IMG/VR virus record: IMGVR_UViG_3300022744_000020
Coordinates: 124,001 to 188,000 of that record
Strand: one strand, 5' to 3'
Length of the DNA: 64,000 nt
The translations under genes and the position numbers were made by a program. Below are positions 19,815-30,051 of the stretch, one piece after another; the first letter of the stretch is position 1, and every line of letters starts with the position of its first letter. A model generated the notes under the pieces. That model ran no database searches, was not told the origin of the DNA, and was given only the letters and a program-made list of their open reading frames with translations.

Positions 19815-20872
19815 TTGAAAGCCTCCATCAGGTCTTTGAGATTGATAGCTTCACCGGACTCGCGAATGCGCTGAGTGGTGTTGGCATACTCAGATTTAGG
19901 AACAAACCATTTAAGTTCGTATGAATTTGGGTCAATGCGCGGATAGCCGCGATGCTTAAAGTAACTCAAGGCACCGATCGGAATTTCTTGCATTGAAGAT
20001 TCGATGTTTTCTACTCTCATCGATCGATTGAAAATCTGCACGGCCCGGTTGAACCAATGGATGATGATCGGATCGTCGTAGTAAACAGCGGTGGCTCGGA
20101 ATGGGATTTGAATCTCCTTGACTTCTTCAGCAAACAGCGACTGGTCGTCATAGTTGAAAATTGCCCCATAAGGGCTAGCCAAAGGAATTGCCGCTCCCAC
20201 GCAAGCGATGTGCTTAACAATCCGACGATCCTTATCCAGAGCGAGCCGGTAGTACCTCAGGTTGTAATCAATGATCTTCTTCACCCAGTAATCTGGATAG
20301 GGGAGAAGTTTTCCCTGGAACACCGCCGAAGCGTAAGAGCGCCAAATTCTAAACAGAAGCATGATCGGACTACCCACCGTGTTTCTGAAAGTGGCAGTCA
20401 TGTCATAATTACCGTAGAGGTTATTAGCCCCGTCAATAAACGTGTAAGATTCTTTCATTCTCCCAGGCTCGGAAGAATAAGTATCCGAGACCTCATCAGG
20501 CCACGGACTCAGGGATTTGAGTTGATTCGTAAGAATGGGAATAAATGGGCTGTTCGTGTCTACGAACGGGCAATGTAGAGCGTTGCGATTGAGTCTGGGA
20601 TCCAGATAGCAACGCACAATCCTCTGAATCGACGATTCATTTAACGTCAACAGCGGGTTAAACCGCCTATCTCCTCGGAGATTTTCCGAGGTTAGATTCA
20701 ACTGAGGTCTGGTGAAAAAAGTCAGACCTTGATTGATCTTTTCGCTCGGGACTAGGTTTGGTGTTCCTTGATGATTAATCCCGTAGAAGGTGTTTCCGAC
20801 GGCTCTCTCAATAGAGCCGATCGGAGTATGCCGGAATACGTCATCCAGGGACGTGTTAATTCTTTCACTCAC
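19811..20872 (-). CDS. Virion structural protein (phiKZ gp88-like)
   Basis: 353 aa, GLTFFTRPQLNL motif; overlaps the next gene by 4 nt. Confidence 0.55.
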   Translation of the reverse strand: MSERINTSLDDVFRHTPIGSIERAVGNTFYGINHQGTPNLVPSEKINQGLTFFTRPQLNLTSENLRGDRRFNPLLTLNESSIQRIVRCYLDPRLNRNALHCPFVDTNSPFIPILTNQLKSLSPWPDEVSDTYSSEPGRMKESYTFIDGANNLYGNYDMTATFRNTVGSPIMLLFRIWRSYASAVFQGKLLPYPDYWVKKIIDYNLRYYRLALDKDRRIVKHIACVGAAIPLASPYGAIFNYDDQSLFAEEVKEIQIPFRATAVYYDDPIIIHWFNRAVQIFNRSMRVENIESSMQEIPIGALSYFKHRGYPRIDPNSYELKWFVPKSEYANTTQRIRESGEAINLKDLMEAFK

Positions 20873-20884
20873 GGAAAACTCCTT

Positions 20885-22102
20885 ATGAACCCAACTCTTG
20901 CAGCAGGCTCGGCCGAACTGGCCGCTGGTGGCCTGGATTTGATTGTCGACGTCGTGCAGCGGCTCAAGGCCGCTAGCTCACAAGTCTCTTACATCGATGT
21001 GGCTCGCCCGGCACGGGTAGAGCCCATCTTGCTCGTCGATGCGGATTGCATGAACTTGCCGTACCTGCCCGACGTCACTCAGACAATGCAGGCCCTCTTC
21101 ACCGGCTACTATCTCCAAGCAGTCTCAATGCTGACGTCGGTGGGGAAGATCTCGGTTGCTGGTAAGCTCAGTCAGCTCAACCCCAACCGCAACGATGACC
21201 CGTGGCTTGGCAACATGATGAATGTGCTGAGTCGAGGCTTCGAATCTCGCCTGGATCCGAACGCGCGGATGAGCATCGAACAATACAAGTTCAAGCTCCC
21301 GATGAGTTCACGAAAGCCTGGCCTGGAAAGCACGTTCACCGACGTGATGCAAACGGCCAAAACAGTTCAGGACACCATCAACGGACCGCAAACCTTCCAA
21401 GAAGGAATGGGCGGAAACATCGCTGTCGGCGGCAAGAATGGCAACAACATCGACTTGACGGAAAACGTTCCGCTTTCGATCGGTCGCATGTACGAAGTCT
21501 CGATGTCCGAAGATGGGAAAACGGCCTGCGTCAAAGTCGCCATCCGACTGCTGTCGACGATCACTCCGACCAGCGTCCTGACCAACATCTTCACCACGAC
21601 GAATCCGGACGACACCTCGTATGGCAAGCGTTGGGAAAAACTGATGGAGGGCCAAATCAGTTTCTGGAATGATTTCGTTCTGCACAAGGACCTGATGGCC
21701 AAGCGCCGTAAGACGCTGATCATGGACAAGTCGGGCGTCTACCAAGAAATCCTTCGTCGTCAGAGTTCCCATTATCGCTCCGGACTGGTCACCAAAAAGC
21801 CAAGCTTGGGTCAGGCTTCCAATCTGTGCATCATGAGTCTCGACACACTCGAGGCCATCGAATACAAAATGGGTGGGAAGATCAGTCAGTCGAAGATTCG
21901 AGACGAGCTCTTCAACGAGACTTCGATGATGATCATCGCTGTGATCGATGCCGGCTACGAGCGCGTGAAGTTCTATCACCGGGGGATCCCGATTGCTTCG
22001 GACTTCTCGATCACCGAGATCAAGAGCACGAACAAAGGAAGTGGTCCCGACGTGATGGAAATCATGAAGACCTTGGTCAGCGGTTCCGCCCCCACCCTTT
22101 AA
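20885..22102 (+). CDS. Internal head protein (phiKZ gp89-like)
   Basis: RPARVEPILLVD...YYLQA N-terminal motif; synteny; likely start MNPTLAAG. Confidence 0.6.
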   Translation: MNPTLAAGSAELAAGGLDLIVDVVQRLKAASSQVSYIDVARPARVEPILLVDADCMNLPYLPDVTQTMQALFTGYYLQAVSMLTSVGKISVAGKLSQLNPNRNDDPWLGNMMNVLSRGFESRLDPNARMSIEQYKFKLPMSSRKPGLESTFTDVMQTAKTVQDTINGPQTFQEGMGGNIAVGGKNGNNIDLTENVPLSIGRMYEVSMSEDGKTACVKVAIRLLSTITPTSVLTNIFTTTNPDDTSYGKRWEKLMEGQISFWNDFVLHKDLMAKRRKTLIMDKSGVYQEILRRQSSHYRSGLVTKKPSLGQASNLCIMSLDTLEAIEYKMGGKISQSKIRDELFNETSMMIIAVIDAGYERVKFYHRGIPIASDFSITEIKSTNKGSGPDVMEIMKTLVSGSAPTL

Positions 22103-22124
22103 TCAATTCTCTTTGGACACAGTC

Positions 22125-23015
22125 ATGAATTTATTTTCTTACCTGAAGTCGCTGGTGCCGATCTTCAAGAAGAGCGAAATCGCTGAACGGATAGAATCCA
22201 TTCTGGAGCTGCTGGAGGAAAACACCATTCCTCCGTGGGAGACTGCCTCGACCAGTTTTGGCTCCGCGAAACTGAAGAATCCGGACGTCATCGAGCTGAC
22301 CAACATTCTGAAGTCAGTCGCTGGGTTCAAGCGTGATATCTACACCGAAGTCCACCTGTCTCTGGTGAACGCTGCTGAGATTCTCAAGCTGGTGCAAGAG
22401 TACACCGAGCGGATCTTCATGGAAAATGAAGCTTCGAACGCACTGACGTATGCAAAGGCCACCGCCATGCGTACGATCGACACCGCGGACTTCTGCAGTA
22501 ACTACGCCCGTCGACTGATCAACTACATTCTGTCGCAAGAATGCAAGGAACTCCTGGAAGATCCGGAATCCTCGCAACCCTCACCGGCGGAGATCAAGTG
22601 GCTCAACGATCATGCAATCGATGCAGCCTCGGGGTTCAAAGCACTGCGGGTTGACAAGAAGAAGTTCAAGGAGTATCTGGAAACGATGCCTGAAGCCATC
22701 GTTTCCGAGATGTCCGAAATCAGCCTGAAGGCCACGCTGGGGGTCAACAAGGTTGACCCAATGGGTTTCATCAACGTCAATACGCGCTGGTCTCCCGGAC
22801 ATCTGTACGCACTGTACAAGGCAGACAAAGACGCTCAGCAGTATCAGGCTGCCGTAGCCGAGTATCAGACGGCACTGATGCGAATCATGCAGTTGCAGAA
22901 ACTCAACGCCAAGCAGAACGATGCCGGCCTGGAGGCTGAGATCAAGCGTCAGCAGAACATCTCGACCCGCTACGCCAGCATGATTCGAGACATGGAGAAA
23001 GAATATGGTCTCTGA
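22125..23015 (+). CDS. Internal head protein (phiKZ gp90-like)
   Basis: Helical protein ending in a coiled coil ...MEKEYGL; synteny. Confidence 0.6.
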   Translation: MNLFSYLKSLVPIFKKSEIAERIESILELLEENTIPPWETASTSFGSAKLKNPDVIELTNILKSVAGFKRDIYTEVHLSLVNAAEILKLVQEYTERIFMENEASNALTYAKATAMRTIDTADFCSNYARRLINYILSQECKELLEDPESSQPSPAEIKWLNDHAIDAASGFKALRVDKKKFKEYLETMPEAIVSEMSEISLKATLGVNKVDPMGFINVNTRWSPGHLYALYKADKDAQQYQAAVAEYQTALMRIMQLQKLNAKQNDAGLEAEIKRQQNISTRYASMIRDMEKEYGL

Positions 23016-23592
23016 TCTCGAAATGAAGCTGTACCCTTCCGGGTTCTTTGGCGTGTCGTCTGTTCCTCAAACCGAGGAGAAGACCGACATGCAAAAGGCC
23101 GCCGAGATTGCCAACGGCAATCTCATCACGCGTGAGGTTTCTCTCACTTCGAGCATTGGGGTCAACGAATACTGGGAGAATTTCAGTGCTCGAAACGATG
23201 TTCGAAAGACTCTGGAGTTCAAAGAAGAGGTCGTTCTCCTCGGCCTGCGACTGATCCCCAACGTGAGTTTCAGTGATTGGGTTGAGATCCAAACCAAGAG
23301 CCCTTACTTCACGGACAACCACGCGCTGTACTTGATTGAGTTGTTCAAAGTCGCCAGGTATCAAACGCGACCAGCGCTGCTTCCTCAAAGTTGGATTGCG
23401 CTGTTGCGTGCGGGAATGGGAACTCCCAAGAAGGTTGATCGAAAGGAAATCTTGGTCAAAGCGTACCATAAGGACTACCGCGGTTTTGCTGACGGTAGCG
23501 AGAAGATGCATGACCTGATCTACTCGATCATCAGCGGCGCGGGGTTCTCTTCACTCCTGACCAACCTGAACATCCTTTACGGACATCGGTAA
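23005..23592 (+). CDS. Hypothetical protein (gp91-like position)
   Basis: 195 aa overlapping the previous stop codon. Confidence 0.55.
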   Translation: MVSDLEMKLYPSGFFGVSSVPQTEEKTDMQKAAEIANGNLITREVSLTSSIGVNEYWENFSARNDVRKTLEFKEEVVLLGLRLIPNVSFSDWVEIQTKSPYFTDNHALYLIELFKVARYQTRPALLPQSWIALLRAGMGTPKKVDRKEILVKAYHKDYRGFADGSEKMHDLIYSIISGAGFSSLLTNLNILYGHR

Positions 23593-23614
23593 TTCAACAA
23601 GCGAGGTTTTTATC

Positions 23615-25048
23615 GTGACTAAACTCTCGGTAAGTCCTCTTGCTTTGGCAATCGAGTCTTGTCAGAACGTAGCGAGCTCGGAGGGAAACTTCCGAGCCGT
23701 CGCCCTGCAAGAAGCCAACGCGAGAAAATCGCTAGAAGGAAGAGCAGCTCACCGGGAATCGGTGGGTTTGCTCTCTTCTATGCACGTCTATTTGACCAAA
23801 CACCCCGCAACGATGGAGGGGGTGGAGTCGCGCTTCATGGCGCACTTAGCTGCAACTAGCTTGATGCTCCCAGCCAAAGCCAAGCCCAGCAAAGCTTTGG
23901 AGTCGTTCGATAAACCCACCGTTGCCCTGGAGGGGATTCTGGATGGGGTTCGTGCCCTTGTTCAAGAAATCGAGGGAAGCATTGCGGGTGCTGCTGAAAA
24001 AATGGCGGATTATGTTCAGGAATCCGGCGAATGTGTGGAAGAGCTTGAGGCCCTTCTGTCGGAAATTTCCTCGTCACTCACGACTGCTCCGCTGGCTGAA
24101 CCTCGGCTCAAGTGTTTAAAGCCAGAAGGTTGGATGTCGAATCTTCTCTACAGCGGTGGTTTCTCCAACGGACTGAAGAAACAGCTTCGTGATCTCAAAG
24201 GGCTCAGTGGTGACTACATGGAGCTGACAAAAAGCAGCTCCGACAAACTACTGAAGTGGTTTGAGGAAAATCGAAGCGAGGGCATGTCTGCGTTCGATTC
24301 TCTCGTGGTCAGCTCGGATGATTTTGTGATTCCTGGTATGTGTGCCGATCCAAAGGTTCTCACCGAGATCAATGAGACCTCGGAGCTGGAACTTAGCCAG
24401 GAAGATCAAATCTTCTCGACGCAAGAGCTTCCTGGTGGTGTGCGTTTCCTGATCAAGTGCTCTCTCGGTCAGTTCTCGTCGATTGATGCGATTGATGAGA
24501 TCTCGAAGGTGACTTATTGGAAGGCAACTTCCAATAGTGAGAAGCTCAAGTTCCTGGAAGAGCAAATCAAACAGGAAGAGCATCAGGACTCGATCGACTG
24601 GATTCGTCAAAACGAAGCTCGTCTCGGAGTCAACGCGCAACTGGCTCTCAGCCTGCACCAGAAACTGCATGAGGAAGAAGACCAAGAGCCTCAAAGACCG
24701 CAAGTTGTCGCAGTGAACAACACTTCGCCAGTTGAGTTCAAGTGCCTGACCCCCGATGAGATTGCGAATGCCTTGGCTGAGGTGAAAACTATCTTGGAGG
24801 GCATTCGTTACTGGACGGACAATTCTCTTCGGGATCGTTGGCGTGCTGGGGGTATGAACCAAATCGTGTCAGAGACCCTGCGCAAGGATCTGGACTCGAC
24901 CGCTTCAAAACACTACATGCGCGCGTTTTGCTTCTCGGTAACTCGTATGTTGCTGAGACAGAACTTTGGTGTTCAGCCCTACGTTCTCAACACGCTTCGC
25001 TCCGTTTTGCTTTACTGCAAGAAAAGTGCGCGACTCCACTACCAATGA
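23615..25048 (+). CDS. Internal head/ejection protein paralog
   Basis: Candidate prohead-protease sites LAIES, ALESF, ALEGI; acidic. Confidence 0.6.
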   Translation: MTKLSVSPLALAIESCQNVASSEGNFRAVALQEANARKSLEGRAAHRESVGLLSSMHVYLTKHPATMEGVESRFMAHLAATSLMLPAKAKPSKALESFDKPTVALEGILDGVRALVQEIEGSIAGAAEKMADYVQESGECVEELEALLSEISSSLTTAPLAEPRLKCLKPEGWMSNLLYSGGFSNGLKKQLRDLKGLSGDYMELTKSSSDKLLKWFEENRSEGMSAFDSLVVSSDDFVIPGMCADPKVLTEINETSELELSQEDQIFSTQELPGGVRFLIKCSLGQFSSIDAIDEISKVTYWKATSNSEKLKFLEEQIKQEEHQDSIDWIRQNEARLGVNAQLALSLHQKLHEEEDQEPQRPQVVAVNNTSPVEFKCLTPDEIANALAEVKTILEGIRYWTDNSLRDRWRAGGMNQIVSETLRKDLDSTASKHYMRAFCFSVTRMLLRQNFGVQPYVLNTLRSVLLYCKKSARLHYQ

Positions 25049-25062
25049 ATCGGAGATCACCC

Positions 25063-26304
25063 ATGTTAGAAATTCCTGAAATCGAAGAAGGTGAAGACGT
25101 TCTTCACCTGTCGCTTGGCGAAGACCGGATCGAGGCCGGCAATGAGGTCGTTGAAGCTGCTGCGGACGACCTCCAAGAAACTCAAAAACAAGTGGACATG
25201 GTCGCCTCCGCCCCGAAGGAAGAGGTCAACGCACTGGTTTTGAATCAGCTCAATATGGCGATCGTGTCTTTCAAACGAGGGTGCGATTACCCCGTATCTC
25301 GCCAAGAAGGCAAGCCCGATCTGAACAAAAGTCTGGAAGACTGGAAGCAGACCGCCAAGAAGGCCGCTGACGATATCTACGCCTGGATCAAAAACCTCCT
25401 GGTGAAGATGGCTGAATTTTTGAACAATCATTTCGATGAAGTTCGTCGACTGAAAGGTTCAGCGGCTTCGATGGTTGAAGCCGCCAAGAGTCGCCAACAC
25501 ATGTCCGCCAAGGATGGGAAAATCGTTGTTGAGGGTGTGCTCGAAGCCCTGTACCATCAAGGAGAGAAAAGCTATCCCGGATCGACCCAGGTCAACAAAT
25601 TTTACGGTCTTCATTGCGGAGATGTGAGTGCCTGGATGGAAAACTCTTTTCATCAAGCACGCTTCAATCTACTTGAGTCGGTGATCGAAGATCTACTCAC
25701 GTCGGAATCGGCGAGCATCAGCGATGAAGAGTTGTGGAAAAAGATCCTGCCGATTTTCTCGGCCCTTCCTCAAGTGAAAGTTCGAAGCCTGAACCAAAAG
25801 AATCTTGCCCCCGGTATGACGAGGTATGAACAGCCTCTGTTCTACGACGCGAAGTCGATCTATGTGGAATCGCCGACGGCACGCGATTCCACTGCAGCTC
25901 CGCTTCTGAAGTATCTGAAATTCGGCGTGATGCAAGACAGTGCGTACACCGGCCGAGTAAAGGCGCAGAAGAGTACGGATCCGGACGATAAGAGCTCGGC
26001 TTCTACGATCCCTGTGCTTCCCACGGATGAGATCCAGAGAGTCTGTACTCAAATGCAGGCTTATCTCGACGAATACAAAAACACCAAAGCCAGTCTCGGC
26101 AACCTGGAGAAGTTGGCTGATAAAGTGCGTTCGACGAAATATTCTGAACATAACACCTTTGGCCGACAAGGGTATATTCTCCTGATCCTCAACCGGATCG
26201 TGGGTGGATATGTGAGTTTGGAGAAACAGCTCCGAGCTTACGATACCAGAGTCGCTCGAGCCGTTCTGAAGTGGTGCGAGAAGTCTCTCCACCAATACGT
26301 TTAA
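25063..26304 (+). CDS. Internal head/ejection protein paralog
   Basis: Start MLEIPEIEEG after GGAG; acidic propeptide; SLEDW site; C-terminal AVLKWCEKSL similar to other paralogs. Confidence 0.65.
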   Translation: MLEIPEIEEGEDVLHLSLGEDRIEAGNEVVEAAADDLQETQKQVDMVASAPKEEVNALVLNQLNMAIVSFKRGCDYPVSRQEGKPDLNKSLEDWKQTAKKAADDIYAWIKNLLVKMAEFLNNHFDEVRRLKGSAASMVEAAKSRQHMSAKDGKIVVEGVLEALYHQGEKSYPGSTQVNKFYGLHCGDVSAWMENSFHQARFNLLESVIEDLLTSESASISDEELWKKILPIFSALPQVKVRSLNQKNLAPGMTRYEQPLFYDAKSIYVESPTARDSTAAPLLKYLKFGVMQDSAYTGRVKAQKSTDPDDKSSASTIPVLPTDEIQRVCTQMQAYLDEYKNTKASLGNLEKLADKVRSTKYSEHNTFGRQGYILLILNRIVGGYVSLEKQLRAYDTRVARAVLKWCEKSLHQYV

Positions 26305-26322
26305 TCTTTTCACGAGACCGCT

Positions 26323-27477
26323 ATGTACCTGACTCTCAATCAACTCAGCAATCAGCCGGAAGTCGATCCGATCGTGGAGCCTGAGGCTCCGGATACGACG
26401 GAGCTGGAGACGGAAGTCGTCCAGCAAGAAACCGACAACATCGCTGAAGGCACTGCCGAAGCTTCGATCGAGGAAGCCGAACAAACCACGGAACTGGTCG
26501 GTGATGTGGCCGACGTTCTGGAAGGGGCTCCTGAAGCCAACGAAACGGCCGTGGAGCTTGGCCAAGTCGTCACCGAATCCCTCGCTCTGCGTTTCGGTCA
26601 AAAGCCGCGTCGACTCGGCAATGAATCGAAGATGACCTCTGGGCAAAGAAAGTCCCTGGTCGTGGTGACCAGTCGCCAATTCAACAAGTCCATGCAGCGG
26701 CAGCTCGCTCTTTCTCAGGAAGGGTTGGTCGACAACGTCAAGCAAGGATTTGCTGAAATGTTCAGCAGCCGCGATGGCATCGTTGAGGCTGCTAAGGAGG
26801 CTGCCGGAAAACTGAGTGCGGGAACCAAAGAGGGTCCGATCAAGGGGGCTGGCTGGCTTCGTCGGATCACCGACAAGGAAAGTGGCCTGATCAAGCCCGC
26901 GGATATCGCAACCTATCTCGGGAAATACCATTCTCAGATCGCGGGCACTGGCATTGTTCAAATGCTGACTGAAGCCGCGACACTTGTCAAGGAGATTGGC
27001 GAAGCATTTCGCGGAACTGACTCGGCTCCGAATGAAGCTGCGTTGAAGAAGCTGGGCTCTTTCCTCGTGGTCAGCGAAAAGAGCATGATCAAGATCGAAA
27101 AGAATCTGAGCAAGCTCAATCAATCGCAACTGCTGCTGCGTGAGATGAACGCAGAAAAAGGCGGGGCTGAGATGGTTCTGGCATGTGACGCTGAGACCGG
27201 GAAGAAGATCGCTACGATGGTCTCGGAGCTGATGTCGGATGACAAACTGAAGAAGGCGCTTCAAGAGTTTGATAGCGTGGTCTCCGCCGAGGGCTTCAAG
27301 AACGCAATGAAGTCGATGGTCCAGATCAACATTGCCAACATCACGGCAAACAAGACGGTGTTCCGAGAACTCCCGAAGGTCATCAAGGGTCTGAAGTCTT
27401 CGGTCAAGAAGCTCGACAGCATGGCCAAGAAACGTTGCCTGGCAGCGACGAACTATCTGGAAGCCTCCGCCAAGTAA
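26323..27477 (+). CDS. Internal head/ejection protein paralog
   Basis: MYLTLNQLSN..., acidic propeptide, sites LGNES and LSQEG. Confidence 0.65.
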   Translation: MYLTLNQLSNQPEVDPIVEPEAPDTTELETEVVQQETDNIAEGTAEASIEEAEQTTELVGDVADVLEGAPEANETAVELGQVVTESLALRFGQKPRRLGNESKMTSGQRKSLVVVTSRQFNKSMQRQLALSQEGLVDNVKQGFAEMFSSRDGIVEAAKEAAGKLSAGTKEGPIKGAGWLRRITDKESGLIKPADIATYLGKYHSQIAGTGIVQMLTEAATLVKEIGEAFRGTDSAPNEAALKKLGSFLVVSEKSMIKIEKNLSKLNQSQLLLREMNAEKGGAEMVLACDAETGKKIATMVSELMSDDKLKKALQEFDSVVSAEGFKNAMKSMVQINIANITANKTVFRELPKVIKGLKSSVKKLDSMAKKRCLAATNYLEASAK

Positions 27478-27498
27478 TTTCGGAAGAAGACAAAGATC

Positions 27499-28635
27499 AT
27501 GAAGCAACACTACCTCACCCTGAATCTGCTGAGTCAAGAACTCCAAGCGGAACCGGAAACTCCCGCTGAAGGCGAACTCGCCGCCGCTGAAACTAGCAAG
27601 ACGCTGGCTGAAGACGTAGCGGTCGACCGCGTGTTGACGGAAGCCACCACGATCGCCGACACCGCCGATGCTTCGGCGGATGTGTTGGAAGCGGCCGCTG
27701 AAGAAGACAAGCCTGGAGCTGATGAAGCAACCGTCGAGGTGGCTGAAAAAGCCCTGGAACACTTCCATCAGCGGGCCTTCCTTGGCCCTCGGAAGGCAAG
27801 CACCTACAACACCTCCACGCCGAAGGATCGCCGGGAGACAGCACTGAAACTGGGTGCTGAAATGCGCCAAGTCAGCAAAGCGGTGCGCGGACGAATCCGC
27901 AAGTTCAGCTTGGGTCAAGAAGGATTCATCTCGAACGTCAAGTGGAGGTTCAGCGACCTCTTTGCAAGCAAAGAGAGCGTGCTGAGCAAACTCCATGTCT
28001 ACTCGGATGCATTCGATCGTTCTGGGGCGCGAACCGAACCCATTCTGGAAGCGGCCTGGGCCAAGGACCTCAACATCGACGGCTCGGGAAAGATCACAAC
28101 GGAGGGAGTGATCAAGGTTGCCTCGAAGATCATCAAGGATCTGGACGAGAAAACATTGATCGAAGCGATCAAAAACGCCGCTTCGATGGTGGACAATGTC
28201 TCGAAGATGAACGCGAGCTGGAACCCCACTGACGAGATGCAGCAAAAGTTGCAGAAGTCGGTCATGGAAATGTCCGAGATCAACATGCGAATTCTGGCTG
28301 ATGCCAGCGCCATGCGTCGGGCCAATGTTCGCGTGATGGCTGAACCGGTGGATCCGGGCAAGAAAGACGAGCTGGTCAAGCTCGTGTCTGAACTGCTGGA
28401 AACCAAGCAACTCGATCAAGCAATCGCGGAACTCGACGCTTCCCTCGAACTGTACTACAGCACGAGTGGTGGCGTGACGGACGAGGAATCGCATCGGAAC
28501 ACCCGAGAGGATCTGATCATCTCGGATGCCGTGGCGATCACCAACAAGCTGTACGTGCTTGACGGGATTCTCCTGAGCTTCGCACATGCGGTGACTGGCT
28601 ACATTCAAGCCAGCACCAACGCCGACAGTCATTGA
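27499..28635 (+). CDS. Internal head/ejection protein paralog
   Basis: MKQHYLTLNLLSQE..., site LGQEGF; aligns with the previous gene. Confidence 0.65.
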   Translation: MKQHYLTLNLLSQELQAEPETPAEGELAAAETSKTLAEDVAVDRVLTEATTIADTADASADVLEAAAEEDKPGADEATVEVAEKALEHFHQRAFLGPRKASTYNTSTPKDRRETALKLGAEMRQVSKAVRGRIRKFSLGQEGFISNVKWRFSDLFASKESVLSKLHVYSDAFDRSGARTEPILEAAWAKDLNIDGSGKITTEGVIKVASKIIKDLDEKTLIEAIKNAASMVDNVSKMNASWNPTDEMQQKLQKSVMEMSEINMRILADASAMRRANVRVMAEPVDPGKKDELVKLVSELLETKQLDQAIAELDASLELYYSTSGGVTDEESHRNTREDLIISDAVAITNKLYVLDGILLSFAHAVTGYIQASTNADSH

Positions 28636-28652
28636 TTGACACAAAGCTAGCG

Positions 28653-28684
28653 ACAAAGCAGGGGGCGTGAGCTCCCTGCTTTGT
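28653..28684 (+). terminator. Hairpin inside the head-gene array
   Basis: ACAAAGCAGGG / CCCTGCTTTGT followed by ATTATTTT. Confidence 0.6.
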
Positions 28685-28732
28685 ATTATTTTGTGATTAC
28701 CCCACCAATTCTCCCTTCTGGACGGATCTTTT

Positions 28733-29863
28733 ATGCGCACGCCTCGACTTTTCCTATCGAACCTCAACTACGACACGATTCCTGATGAAGACCTTCAGGC
28801 CCAGGCTGATCTGGAGGAAGATTGCTGTCAAGAAGCATCGGTCGTCGTGGATGAACTGGAAGATGCGGCTCAGGTCACCGCTGGCGCTGAGCGCATCGAA
28901 GCAGCTCTGAACCAGAGCCATCCGCAAAACGTGGAGGCTGCCAACCTTGCAGAAATAGCAGCGGAAAATCTGTTTGTGCAGCTCGGAATGAGAAAAGCAC
29001 ACAAACCCAAATTGGGGATTGAGTCCTCGATTTATGCTCAAAAGAGCAGCGTGCTGAAGCAAACCGACCGGCTCAAGGCTCTGGCCTTTGGCAAGAAAAG
29101 TGCCGCACTGGAAGGGTTCTTCGACAACGTGGGTTATGAATGGTCGCAATTCTGGACCTCCCAATCTGGACTGGTGAAGAAGAAAAGCGAAGTCTCGAAC
29201 GAGTATGATCAGAAAGGACCTCATTCGGAACTCCTTAAAGATCGTCCGTATGGCCGGATTCTTCGGCCGTCTGGGAAGTCCAACATTTCTGGCGCCGATG
29301 TTCTGGACACGATCAAGCGTTACAACCGAATGCTGACCAGCAACAAGATTGTGGAGTCGCTGAAGGAGATCTCGACCCTCACGACCGAGCTGGCCAAAAA
29401 CGTGGCGGGATATACAGTCACCTCGCTGGATGAAGATCGCATCCGGCAAGCCAGTGCTCAAATCTTCAATCTCTACGAATCGATCACTTCGGAGATTGTC
29501 CCGATCGGGGATAAGAAGAACTGCGACATCGAGCCGCTCCAGGCGGACGTAAAGCCCGACATCATGAAGATGATCGATGAGATGTACTCCAGCGCCGGCA
29601 TCGATGGCCAGCTCCGAGACATTAGCCAAGCGGTGGGCTTGTATCGCAAGGTAGGTGTTCGCAAGGTCACAACCTGGAAATACAACGAAACGAACGAACA
29701 GTGGTATTCTGAGGTGACGGACGTGATCAAGTCTCAGCGCGCCGAACTGGCCGTTCAAGACATTGAAAGTCTCCTGGCTCGATTGCGCGTGATTGTTGGT
29801 ATGCGCTTCAGTGTTTGTTTTGCTGTGGTTCGCTACATGCAAGAATCGATTCGGAAGGATTGA
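28733..29863 (+). CDS. Internal head/ejection protein paralog
   Basis: Acidic propeptide; sites LGIES and ALEGF; C-terminal AVVRYMQESI. Confidence 0.65.
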   Translation: MRTPRLFLSNLNYDTIPDEDLQAQADLEEDCCQEASVVVDELEDAAQVTAGAERIEAALNQSHPQNVEAANLAEIAAENLFVQLGMRKAHKPKLGIESSIYAQKSSVLKQTDRLKALAFGKKSAALEGFFDNVGYEWSQFWTSQSGLVKKKSEVSNEYDQKGPHSELLKDRPYGRILRPSGKSNISGADVLDTIKRYNRMLTSNKIVESLKEISTLTTELAKNVAGYTVTSLDEDRIRQASAQIFNLYESITSEIVPIGDKKNCDIEPLQADVKPDIMKMIDEMYSSAGIDGQLRDISQAVGLYRKVGVRKVTTWKYNETNEQWYSEVTDVIKSQRAELAVQDIESLLARLRVIVGMRFSVCFAVVRYMQESIRKD

Positions 29864-29865
29864 TC

Positions 29866-30051
29866 GTGTACTTCACTCTGAACATTCTATCGGAAGGGCT
29901 GGATACCCCTGACGAAGAGGAAGAAGACAAAGAGCCTGAGATGGTCAGTGCAATCACTCCGCTTGCTGTGGATGATGTTTTCAAGAACAGCAAAGACATT
30001 CGACTGACCAATGAAGTCATGGGCAACATTCTCAAGAAGGGGTCGCCGTGA
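29866..30051 (+). CDS. Mini-gene resembling an isolated head-protein propeptide
   Basis: GTG start after GGAAGG: MYFTLNILSEGLDTPDEEEEDKEPE..., 61 aa; N-terminus matches the YLTLNxLS motif of neighbouring genes. Confidence 0.55.
   Translation: MYFTLNILSEGLDTPDEEEEDKEPEMVSAITPLAVDDVFKNSKDIRLTNEVMGNILKKGSP

Noticed and set aside
25693-28767. 1024-aa minus-strand ORF
   Set aside because: Codon-aligned antisense shadow of three same-frame head genes (25063, 26323, 27499) that avoid TTA/CTA/TCA codons; no motifs and no RBS.
30030-30051. Programmed -1 frameshift joining the mini-gene to the next head gene
   Set aside because: The frames are compatible, but there is no X XXY YYZ slippery heptamer or stimulatory structure, and the downstream gene has its own N-terminus.
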